DNA from: Christensenellales bacterium | GTDB taxonomy: Bacteria > Bacillota > Clostridia > Christensenellales > Aristaeellaceae | Direction of reading: 5' to 3' | NCBI GenBank assembly: GCA_045126095.1 | Contig: JBGVOA010000475.1 | Location: forward strand, 1-40,819 | DNA length: 40,819 bases | Part shown: positions 26,398-32,865 of the stretch, piece after piece | Layout: each line of letters opens with the position of its first letter | How positions within the stretch are numbered: position 1 is the first letter of the stretch | The notes under the pieces: generated by a model | The model's input: only the letters and a program-made list of their open reading frames with translations | Told to the model about the DNA's origin: nothing | Databases searched by the model: none | Program-made: the position numbers and the translations under genes

Positions 26398-26652
26398 GCG
26401 GTTAGCACGAATCCCCGCATACCATTCATCGTATGTGCTCTCAGATTTATGCTGACAGGCCTCCTCGCGTAGTGAGATAGCCTCCTCAAGAGATGATCTC
26501 CACCCGAGTATGTCTTTGCCTAAACTGATTTGGTAATGACCATTTTTCGTAAGGTGAATACCGGTATATCCCGTATTAGACCTGCGTATAGGCTTATCGA
26601 GCGTAATGATAGTAACTCCATCATCAAAAGTAACTTGCAAAACTTCCTCCAT
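26374..26652 (-). CDS. AP2-like DNA-binding domain protein
   Basis: 92 aa. 'SNTGYTGIHLTKNGHYQISLGKDILGWRSSLEEAISLREEA' resembles the AP2 pattern (YxGV..., GKW.A.I, LG.F.t.EEA). The RBS is poor (GGTGA 1 nt from the ATG), so the call is moderate. Confidence 0.5.
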   Translation of the reverse strand: MEEVLQVTFDDGVTIITLDKPIRRSNTGYTGIHLTKNGHYQISLGKDILGWRSSLEEAISLREEACQHKSESTYDEWYAGIRANRKKYRLGH

Positions 26653-26712
26653 TCACCACATTTTGGCAAGTTAAAAGCAGGGACTTTGCAAACGACTGCA
26701 AACTTGCAAAAA
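26632..26712. repeat. cluster of CTTGCAAA-type motifs; includes the candidate attP
   Basis: Motif copies:
- AACTTGCAAAAC at 26632-26643.
- TTTTGGCAAGTT (inverted) at 26661-26672.
- ACTTTGCAAAC at 26683-26693.
- GACTGCAAAC at 26694-26703.
- AACTTGCAAAAA at 26701-26712.
The terminal inverted repeats TTTTGGCAAGTT...AACTTGCAAAA bracket a ~51-bp element (26661-26711) next to the int stop codon. Confidence 0.5.
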
Positions 26713-26730
26713 TGGGTAAAAATATAACAG

Positions 26731-28176
26731 TTAAAAACGCCAATGAACAAGGATATTATTATCATCGACTTCCACATAATCGACAATTGAGCAGAGGGCC
26801 TGATGGATCTCAGCGGGAGTACCGGAAGCGCGGACGGCGCAAAACTGAGTGGCTAGAGAGACTATGTCTTCGGTGGACATGATTTTTGTCTGTGCCTGCA
26901 AATCGGACAGTTCGGACTGTAGCGCCTGTTTTTCAGCGTTGAGCGGCTCGATCTTGCTGCCGATCAGTTCGTAGGGTATATTGCCTGCAGCATAGAGGTC
27001 CATCAGCCTGCTCAGCTGGCCGGAGATCTGGTCGATGCGTGTTTTGAGCGCTGCTTGTTTTTTCGTAGTATCAACAGACTTCCGCAAGCCGTCGATATAT
27101 TGCGGATTGTCGGCAAGAGCGTCAATCTGCGCATATATAATATCGTCAAGCTCAGTATCGCGGTAGTTAAGGTTGCGGCAGTTTGGATCACGTACAAGCT
27201 TTTTATCGCACTTAGATCGACTGTAGCACATATAGTATCCGTATCGGTAAGACCGGGAACTTCCATCAAGCCGCTTGGGATCTGAATGAGCCTTACGATA
27301 GTGATATTTTGCCCCGCATTGCTTGCAGTAAAGCAAGCCGCCGAGGGGCGCGGTATATTTCTTACCGGGCATATAGTGTTCGTTTTTGACTGACCGTTCA
27401 TATAGCACCTGCTGTATGCCGTTAAACTCATCGACTGTGAAGGTTGGTTCATGCAGGCCCGGATACCACTCACCGGCAAACGGGACTTCACCTAAATACG
27501 CGCGCTTTTGCAGCATGCGCCGCAGTGTAGTTACGGTCCACGGCTTACCCTTGATCCGATAGCCCTTTTCGTTAAAGCTGTTGACGATGTCGATTAAAGG
27601 CTCTCTGTTGAGAGTGCGTATTCCAGCTTCGCGTACCTGCATGTTTTCATGTTCATCTTTTATGAGTATACCGGCGGTCTCCTTATCGGTGCTTTTATAA
27701 TATCCGGTTGGTGCAGTGCCGTGCCACAATCCGGCCTTAGCACGTCCAACGAGACCATCGTGTGTGCGTTCCTTGATCTTCTCGCGTTCCAGCTCGGCAA
27801 AAACGGCCAGGATGCCGACCGTTGCGCGGCCGAATGCAGATGAAGTGTCAAAGGCTTCAGCACGCGAGACGAACGCAGCGTCATGCTGCTTAAAAGTATT
27901 AATCAGATAGAGAGTATCCTGCAAGGAGCGGCTGAGGCGGTCGAGCTTATCAACAAGGACAATATCAGCATTGTCGACATTGGCGACCATCTCCTGTAGT
28001 CCGGGGCGCGATGTAGTTGCGCCAGAATAGCCCGGATCAACATATACTTCTGCTACGAGCCAGTCCATCGCATCGGCGTACTTGTTCAGACGTTCCAGCT
28101 GCTCAGGGATTGAGTAGCCTTCCTCTGCCTGCGTTCGCGTCGACACACGGGCGTAGATAAAGCAGCGCTTTTTCAT
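26731..28176 (-). CDS. int: large serine recombinase (phage integrase)
   Basis: 481 aa. The N-terminal resolvase catalytic domain 'CFIYARVSTRTQAEEGYSIPEQ' carries the nucleophile Ser. It also has a recombinase domain, a Cys-rich zinc-ribbon region (YCKQCGAKYHY...YYMCYSRSKCDKK) and a C-terminal coiled coil. AGGAGG RBS. Confidence 0.95.
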   Translation of the reverse strand: MKKRCFIYARVSTRTQAEEGYSIPEQLERLNKYADAMDWLVAEVYVDPGYSGATTSRPGLQEMVANVDNADIVLVDKLDRLSRSLQDTLYLINTFKQHDAAFVSRAEAFDTSSAFGRATVGILAVFAELEREKIKERTHDGLVGRAKAGLWHGTAPTGYYKSTDKETAGILIKDEHENMQVREAGIRTLNREPLIDIVNSFNEKGYRIKGKPWTVTTLRRMLQKRAYLGEVPFAGEWYPGLHEPTFTVDEFNGIQQVLYERSVKNEHYMPGKKYTAPLGGLLYCKQCGAKYHYRKAHSDPKRLDGSSRSYRYGYYMCYSRSKCDKKLVRDPNCRNLNYRDTELDDIIYAQIDALADNPQYIDGLRKSVDTTKKQAALKTRIDQISGQLSRLMDLYAAGNIPYELIGSKIEPLNAEKQALQSELSDLQAQTKIMSTEDIVSLATQFCAVRASGTPAEIHQALCSIVDYVEVDDNNILVHWRF

Positions 28177-28192
28177 AGTTCCTCCTGTTACG

Positions 28193-28225
28193 AAGCCCCG
28201 TCACGATGTGGCGGGGCTTTTTTTT
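28193..28225. promoter_or_regulatory. hairpin between the HTH gene and int (terminator or attenuator)
   Basis: AAGCCCCG (28193-28200), an 11-nt loop, CGGGGCTT (28212-28219). The T8 run is on the plus strand; on the coding (minus) strand only UU follows the stem. Confidence 0.5.
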
Positions 28226-28742
28226 ATTGAGCCGAACACAAGGCCTTGAGAGCATCCAGTCTGCGGCGATTGATATCCTCGAGGTTAGATATGGTGCGCT
28301 CTTTTTCCTCCAATACTCGCTCGGCCATTTCCAGCTTGGCTTCCAGAAGTTCTATCTGGATTTCTTTTTCACGGACAAAGGCTTTCTGCTGCTGAACTTC
28401 CTCAGTCTGAATGATGATACGCTCCTGCATGGCAGCTTTATCCTCCGGGACATCGACAGCCATATCGCCAACGATCGACACAGGGACTGCATCCAATTTC
28501 AAGGCCTCGACCGGCGTATCGAATTTATCTTCGAGCGAGTCGTAAAAAGCGTCAATTGGTTCATTGAGGCATTTCAGCAGCGCGCATACATATGGGAAAT
28601 TAGGGATGTTTAACGAGGATGACAAGTACCTCGCGAGGGTACTTTTAGGCACTCCGCTTTGGAGCGACCATTCGCCAGTCGTGATACCGTGTTTATTTTT
28701 GATGCGATTGAGACCCTGACACAGCAAGGATTTACTATTCAT
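28224..28742 (-). CDS. XRE-like HTH regulator with C-terminal coiled coil
   Basis: 172 aa from ATG 28742, 8 nt after AGGAG; the long track ORF extending to 28964 is rejected. HTH 'GITTGEWSLQSGVPKSTLARYLSS'. C-terminal heptad-rich region (EKEIQIELLEAKLEMAERVLEEKERTISNLEDINRRRLD). Confidence 0.75.
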   Translation of the reverse strand: MNSKSLLCQGLNRIKNKHGITTGEWSLQSGVPKSTLARYLSSSLNIPNFPYVCALLKCLNEPIDAFYDSLEDKFDTPVEALKLDAVPVSIVGDMAVDVPEDKAAMQERIIIQTEEVQQQKAFVREKEIQIELLEAKLEMAERVLEEKERTISNLEDINRRRLDALKALCSAQ

Positions 28743-28774
28743 TATCATCGCTCCTCTCGGCGTTTTTAACAAAA

Positions 28775-28854
28775 TATCAGCGCAATTCCCAGCGTGATTA
28801 TCAGCGCAAAAATCGAATTTGGGTATTGATATTATCAGCGTAATGTCAGCTATC
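28775..28854. promoter_or_regulatory. TATCAGCG direct repeats in a divergent intergenic region (candidate operators)
   Basis: TATCAGCGCAA at 28775-28785 and 28799-28809. TATCAGCGTAA at 28833-28843. Degenerate TGTCAGCTATC at 28844-28854. Confidence 0.55.
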
Positions 28855-28889
28855 ATTAGCCTCAACAAAAACAAAGGGAGGTACAAAAA

Positions 28890-29111
28890 ATGAGGAGAAA
28901 CCACGACAAGAGACACGCAGACCCTGAGGAAAGATACGACCGGGTGTATGTGGAGTGGCCGCACCTGTGGGAGGTCAGGCAGGTGGTGGCGAGGCCGATG
29001 AAAACCATATACATTAATCGCTGCGCAAACGCATGGGCGCAGGACAAGATTTTCACCAGCGTCACCGCCCTGGAGAACTTCTGCGACAGGTGGGGAGTGG
29101 AGCTGCCGTAG
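28890..29111 (+). CDS. small hypothetical protein (paralog 1)
   Basis: 73 aa with an AGGGAGGT RBS 8 nt upstream. Shares the 'IYINxCA...FC' pattern with the next ORF. Confidence 0.55.
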   Translation: MRRNHDKRHADPEERYDRVYVEWPHLWEVRQVVARPMKTIYINRCANAWAQDKIFTSVTALENFCDRWGVELP

Positions 29112-29147
29112 TCAAGTATAAGCGACTTATACAAGGAGGTGTTTGAC

Positions 29148-29327
29148 GTGGTCGGCAGACCATACAGAGAGTTTGCAAGGATCCATTGCCGGATCCCGGA
29201 GAGGCCGGACATACTCAGGATGGTGGACGCAGTACACGGGGTTATCTACATCAACACATGCGCTGCCGAGGATGCAAAGATCATTATGTACATGACTGAG
29301 TACAGCTCCTTCTTCTGCCACGTGTAA
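29148..29327 (+). CDS. small hypothetical protein (paralog 2)
   Basis: 59 aa from GTG 29148, 8 nt after AAGGAGG. 'GVIYINTCAAEDAKII...SSFFC' compares with 'KTIYINRCANAWAQDKIF...ENFC' in paralog 1. Confidence 0.5.
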   Translation: MVGRPYREFARIHCRIPERPDILRMVDAVHGVIYINTCAAEDAKIIMYMTEYSSFFCHV

Positions 29328-29334
29328 AAATGCG

Positions 29335-29351
29335 CCCCCATTCCGGGGGGG
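29335..29351. terminator. C5/G7 hairpin between convergent genes
   Basis: The sequence is CCCCCATTCCGGGGGGG. On the minus strand it is followed by CGCATTTTTA. Confidence 0.4.
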
Positions 29352-29355
29352 AAAA

Positions 29356-30405
29356 TCAGAAGTCAATGCACTCCATTAAGACGGCATCAACTGCATCAGC
29401 ATCGCTTACAGCTCTATGTGCGTTTTTGTTGCTATATCCAATATGATTACACAGAGACTCAAGGCTGTAACTGCTGAGCTTAAAGGTCTTTTTTGCGATT
29501 GCGAGCGTATCGGCATAACCGGCGGTAAGCGGCATTGAGTGATGGTTAAGCGCTTCTTCAAGGAACGACATGTCAAATGGGGCGTTGTGGGCAACCAGAG
29601 TTACGACTCCATCGCCGAGGAAACTCAGGAAGTCTGCCAGGGCCGCGTCAATGGTCGGAGCATCTTTCACCATATCGTCCGTTATACCATTCACTTTAGT
29701 CGCTTCTGCCGGGATCTTCCGCTGAGGATTGACCAGAGTGCTGAAACGGGCCACTTCCTGGCACTGATTGTCAAAGCGGATAGCGCCGATTTCGATTATG
29801 CGGTCGCGCTTTGCTGACAATCCCGTAGTTTCCAGATCAAACGTGACATATCCGTCCTTGACCGCTCTTTTCTTGAAGCCCGAAGCAGTAAGCGCGGTAA
29901 AGGTGCAGCAGGATCCGGAAGACGACCCGGATTTGCTGTACAAGCTGGCAGCACGACTGCGGGAACGGAAATGGAAATCCTTTGCGGATTCCTCAAGAAG
30001 CAGGGCAATGCGCCGCTCCAGATCCGCGAATACCATTTTGGAACTGTCTTCAGCCTGCGACTTGATAAGTTCAGCCGAGGAGAACATGGATTCCGCTTTG
30101 CTGTTGAGCTCATTCGCGTTGTCAATGATCTGCTTGGCGTCTTGCCTAGCCGCATTTATCAGCTGATCCGCCTCATTCTTTGCGGTTGCTTTGATTCGCT
30201 CCGCCTTGTATTCGGCATCCTTGAGTATCCTGATCGCTTCGTCATTGGCGTCGGGTATTGCATCGTATACCTTTTTGAACGACCTGAGCGTGGCAAGCTC
30301 CGTCTCATAATCCTTGATGCGCAGGCTGTGGCAAGACTGGCAGTAACCGTCAAAATCCAGCTTAAGAGTAATTCCGCTGTTTTGACATTTCACACATCGC
30401 GGCAT
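29356..30405 (-). CDS. zinc-ribbon / coiled-coil / DEDDh 3'-5' exonuclease fusion protein
   Basis: 349 aa from ATG 30405, 9 nt after AGGAG. Layout:
- N-terminal CxxC-x17-CxxC (CVKCQNSG...YCQSC).
- About 100 aa of coiled coil (KAERIKATAKNEADQLINAARQDAKQIIDNANELNSKAES).
- A Ser-rich linker.
- Exo motifs 'FDLETTG', 'VAHNAPFDMSFL' and 'HRAVSDADAV'. Confidence 0.85.
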   Translation of the reverse strand: MPRCVKCQNSGITLKLDFDGYCQSCHSLRIKDYETELATLRSFKKVYDAIPDANDEAIRILKDAEYKAERIKATAKNEADQLINAARQDAKQIIDNANELNSKAESMFSSAELIKSQAEDSSKMVFADLERRIALLLEESAKDFHFRSRSRAASLYSKSGSSSGSCCTFTALTASGFKKRAVKDGYVTFDLETTGLSAKRDRIIEIGAIRFDNQCQEVARFSTLVNPQRKIPAEATKVNGITDDMVKDAPTIDAALADFLSFLGDGVVTLVAHNAPFDMSFLEEALNHHSMPLTAGYADTLAIAKKTFKLSSYSLESLCNHIGYSNKNAHRAVSDADAVDAVLMECIDF

Positions 30406-30427
30406 ACCCATCAACTCCTTTTAACAG

Positions 30428-30456
30428 ATTATAACATTGCCGCTGACATATGGCAA
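30428..30456 (-). promoter_or_regulatory. consensus-like promoter dedicated to the exonuclease gene
   Basis: On the minus strand: TTGCCA (30456-30451), a 17-nt spacer, TATAAT (30433-30428), then the AAAGGAG RBS. Confidence 0.65.
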
Positions 30457-30488
30457 GAGCACAGACAATGCAGACTGTTGAAAAGATG

Positions 30489-30509
30489 AAAAAACGCCCC
30501 TTGCGGGGC
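30489..30509 (-). terminator. rho-independent terminator after the CI-like gene
   Basis: The minus strand reads GCCCC-GCAA-GGGGC followed by GTTTTTT. Confidence 0.75.
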
Positions 30510-30526
30510 GCGGCGGGGTGATCTGC

Positions 30527-30859
30527 TCAGGGTTTCCGATGTACCTGCAGTACCAGGGCCATGAAGCCCCTTGCAAGACGCTGGCCTTCTTCGGTGAGAT
30601 TATCGAAGTCTAGGGCAAGCTGCATTGCTTCTGCTGTTACAGGGTTGCTGGATAACTGGTGCATCTTCTCATAATCATCCAAATCATCGAGCGTGAGGCC
30701 CAGAGCATGAGCGATGCTCTTTAACGAGGATATGCGAGGATCGGTGGTTATGCCGGACATTATCTTGGCGACAGTATTCTTTGGAACACCAGATTTGTCG
30801 GCTAACTCGTCGATGGTCATATCAAGAGCGATTCGCCGTTGAGTCAATAACCTGTACAC
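30527..30859 (-). CDS. CI-like XRE-family repressor (no S24 peptidase domain)
   Basis: 110 aa from GTG 30859, 5 nt after AGGTGA; the track TTG at 30889 lies over the promoter. HTH 'MTIDELADKSGVPKNTVAKIMSG'. Divergent from the Cro-like gene. Confidence 0.8.
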   Translation of the reverse strand: MYRLLTQRRIALDMTIDELADKSGVPKNTVAKIMSGITTDPRISSLKSIAHALGLTLDDLDDYEKMHQLSSNPVTAEAMQLALDFDNLTEEGQRLARGFMALVLQVHRKP

Positions 30860-30878
30860 TTTTATCACCTCGATTGAT

Positions 30879-30907
30879 ATTATAAGCAATAAATTCCATT
30901 AAGTCAA
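30879..30907 (-). promoter_or_regulatory. leftward switch promoter
   Basis: On the minus strand: TTGACT (30907-30902), a 17-nt spacer, TATAAT (30884-30879). Confidence 0.7.
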
Positions 30908-30995
30908 TAAAGAAAATGCCGAAAATGGAAAAATATTTCCCAAAAGGGGTTGACAATACCCTTTATTGGAATTATAATGGGTGCAACGATTCCAA
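30894..30995. promoter_or_regulatory. putative operator half-sites of the switch
   Basis: TTCCATT (30894-30900) and AATGGAA (30924-30930) bracket the leftward -35. TTGGAAT (30966-30972) and ATTCCAA (30989-30995) bracket the rightward -10. A near-palindrome GGAAAAATATTTCC sits at 30927-30940. Confidence 0.5.
30950..30978 (+). promoter_or_regulatory. rightward switch promoter
   Basis: TTGACA (30950-30955), a 17-nt spacer, TATAAT (30973-30978). Confidence 0.75.
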
Positions 30996-31029
30996 CAAAG
31001 GAAACAACAAGGAGAAAGGAGCAAATCAC

Positions 31030-31233
31030 ATGACTGAAGCGAAATACCCCGTACTCGTAAGCGAAATTGCCAAGAGAGGGCTTCGCAAGACGGCTATGGC
31101 CAAGCGGCTCGGCATGGACAGCAAGTCCTTTTACAACAAACTCAACGGGAACACAGAATTTGCATGGCCCGAGATCAAGATGATGCGAAACGAATTCTTC
31201 CCGGACATGAAGATAGAAGACCTGATGGCCTGA
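31030..31233 (+). CDS. Cro-like small HTH protein
   Basis: 67 aa from ATG 31030 after AAGGAGAAAGGAG. 'GLRKTAMAKRLGMDSKSFYNKLNG' looks like an HTH. It is the first gene of the rightward transcript. Confidence 0.7.
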   Translation: MTEAKYPVLVSEIAKRGLRKTAMAKRLGMDSKSFYNKLNGNTEFAWPEIKMMRNEFFPDMKIEDLMA

Positions 31234-31242
31234 GGTGTCCTA

Positions 31243-31461
31243 ATGAAGAGAAGCTTTCCTAGACGCATAACGTGGTATTCGGAAGAAGTACAGAATTTCA
31301 GAGAGCGATACTACAACGCGGAAGATCTCGATCAGGCGGAGCTCAATACTCCGCCAGCCCTGATAACGACCCTGTTCCTTATCGGCGTAATGTTGAGGAG
31401 GATATGCTGGGTGATGTTGATAACAGGCGCTGCACTTGTCGCCGTGATGCTGGTGAAATAA
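31243..31461 (+). CDS. small membrane protein
   Basis: 72 aa with a C-terminal hydrophobic stretch (ALITTLFLIGVMLRRICWVMLITGAALVAVMLV). Confidence 0.5.
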   Translation: MKRSFPRRITWYSEEVQNFRERYYNAEDLDQAELNTPPALITTLFLIGVMLRRICWVMLITGAALVAVMLVK

Positions 31462-31462
31462 A

Positions 31463-31482
31463 GCCGCATCAACAGATGCGGC
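31463..31482. terminator. hairpin between convergent genes
   Basis: GCCGCATC (31463-31470), loop AACA, GATGCGGC (31475-31482). A-rich on both sides, with no strong T run. Confidence 0.5.
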
Positions 31483-31490
31483 AAATAGAA

Positions 31491-31865
31491 CTATTTGGCT
31501 AAAAACAAGGATTTGATAAAGGCCCAGACATCTCCCAGATGTTCGATGAACAGAGTGAGAAGAACGGTCCATATCATGAGCATCCAGTCGTGACGATATT
31601 CGCGCCTCGCTTGCTTATCTGATTCGGCTTTTGAACGAGCAAGATTCTCCGCCTCTTTGGCTGCAGCATTCTTCGCTTCTACAAGCGCGAGCCGACCGGA
31701 GCGGGTTGCGTTCCAGGCATTGGGTTCGTACCAGGATTTTGAAATGTATTTCATTACATGAAGAGCATGAATATCATCTGCACGATTGGTCGCCGGTAAG
31801 TATGGATTTTCAGAGTTGCATATCAACTCAAGTAAGGCGAGTTGCGAATCGGTCAATACAATCAT
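31491..31865 (-). CDS. hypothetical protein with C-terminal TM helix, transcribed against the early operon
   Basis: About 121-124 aa. ATG 31865 abuts AGGAG with no spacer, so TTG 31856 (9-nt spacing) is an alternative start. C-terminal 'WMLMIWTVLLTLFIEHL'. Confidence 0.6.
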   Translation of the reverse strand: MIVLTDSQLALLELICNSENPYLPATNRADDIHALHVMKYISKSWYEPNAWNATRSGRLALVEAKNAAAKEAENLARSKAESDKQARREYRHDWMLMIWTVLLTLFIEHLGDVWAFIKSLFLAK

Positions 31866-31878
31866 CTCCTTGTACGTG

Positions 31879-31907
31879 ATTATAGCACAGGAGGGACAGA
31901 ATGTACA
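31879..31907 (-). promoter_or_regulatory. candidate promoter for the leftward gene
   Basis: On the minus strand: TGTACA (31907-31902), a 17-nt spacer, TATAAT (31884-31879). The -10 lies only 8 nt from the RBS, so the leader would be very short. Confidence 0.4.
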
Positions 31908-31990
31908 GAAACAAAAAAGACGAACGCTTCTGCCGCTACTTCAATAAGAGCTTTGAGTTTCTCTTCGCTCTCGACACGGAGGTGTCCTGA
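31901..31990 (+). CDS. possible 29-aa micro-ORF
   Basis: Translates as MYRNKKDERFCRYFNKSFEFLFALDTEVS. GGAGGGA lies 5 nt upstream. Its stop overlaps the next start (TGATG). Confidence 0.3.
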   Translation: MYRNKKDERFCRYFNKSFEFLFALDTEVS

Positions 31991-32205
31991 TGAAGATAAT
32001 CATCGAAGGCAGCGCAAAAGAGATTGCGGCGCTGATACTGGACCTGTCAGCGCCGCATGATGCAATAATGGTAATGCCAGAGGGAACGACAACGCGAAAG
32101 CAATTTGCCGATATGACGACTGAGGATTTCGCTGAGGCGAACAAGGATCTTGAACATATATGTCCTACAATTCCCGTGTGTACGGGTAAAGTGATTCGAG
32201 AGTAG
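31990..32205 (+). CDS. hypothetical early protein
   Basis: 71-aa ORF, translationally coupled to the micro-ORF. No motif recognised. Confidence 0.55.
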   Translation: MKIIIEGSAKEIAALILDLSAPHDAIMVMPEGTTTRKQFADMTTEDFAEANKDLEHICPTIPVCTGKVIRE

Positions 32206-32366
32206 CCCAGGACAGAATTAATGTACACAACCCGGTGAGCAAAAGCATGCGGGCGGTGTGGGGTTGTGCGGAGGCACAAATAAATAAACAAACCGCCGAG
32301 GGACAGCCCCTGGGGAGCGCGGCCCGCAGCCTTTTGCCCACCGGAGACAGCGAAAAGGAGGTTTCT

Positions 32367-32609
32367 ATGAGAATAACCCTTGAATTGCCGGACAACACGG
32401 TAAGCATAAAATACTGTGTCGACGACGGCGGCACATATCCCAGCGACGACAAGCCCGTTACGCTGGGGATGATAATCGCAGTAAACGAAAACCACCTGGC
32501 GCGTACCCAGCCGGTTTTAACGGCTACGGATCCGGACACCACCAATGTGATCAGGCCCGACAAAATCAAGCTGCCTGAAGCGCCGCATTGTTCAGAACCT
32601 CATATTTGA
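32367..32609 (+). CDS. hypothetical early protein
   Basis: 80 aa from ATG 32367, 6 nt after AAAGGAGG. The upstream part of the track ORF is rejected. Confidence 0.5.
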   Translation: MRITLELPDNTVSIKYCVDDGGTYPSDDKPVTLGMIIAVNENHLARTQPVLTATDPDTTNVIRPDKIKLPEAPHCSEPHI

Positions 32610-32658
32610 CAACTGGACAATCACCAAACACATAAAATGCCAGAAAGGAGTGATGCGG

Positions 32659-32850
32659 ATGGCACGCAGGAAGGCCGAAATCAATGTGATCCACGTATTC
32701 AAGGACGGGCTGGTCACCACCGATCCGACGGCCCGACAGGTACCGGCTGAGATAGTGAGGCAGGTATATGAGATCGCCGAGAGGATCCGTCAGAGGCAGG
32801 CGCGCGAAGCTGCCGCCCGCAGCTCCGATCCGGCCGAAGCAGATATTTGA
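32659..32850 (+). CDS. hypothetical early protein
   Basis: 63 aa from ATG 32659, 8 nt after AAAGGAG. Confidence 0.5.
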   Translation: MARRKAEINVIHVFKDGLVTTDPTARQVPAEIVRQVYEIAERIRQRQAREAAARSSDPAEADI

Positions 32851-32865
32851 AAGGAGTATTCAATC

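Noticed and set aside
26731-28176. The integrase as a marker of a prophage boundary with host flank.
   Set aside because: Phage genes lie on both sides of it. I found no duplicated att core and no host-like genes. The window is in the excised or virion permutation.
28743-28964. The N-terminal extension of the HTH ORF. The track calls 246 aa starting at 28964.
   Set aside because: The extension runs across the operator-repeat intergenic region, is hydrophobic nonsense and lacks an RBS. ATG 28742 has AGGAG at 8-nt spacing.
30982-30987. A TGCAAC hexamer at the early rightward promoter start region, possibly linking it to the late TGCAAC array.
   Set aside because: A single 6-mer is expected by chance many times in 40 kb on two strands. 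There is no phasing or repetition here.
30916-31029. The upstream 38 codons of the Cro-like ORF, and the TTG-started extension of the CI-like ORF (30860-30889).
   Set aside because: Both extensions overlap the near-consensus divergent promoters. Internal starts with good RBS spacing exist at 31030 and 30859.
32226-32268. The inverted repeat CACAACCC...GGGTTGTG in the 32206-32366 spacer, read as a possible structured RNA.
   Set aside because: It has only an 8-bp stem with a 27-nt loop. There is no T run and no covariation evidence, so the support is insufficient.
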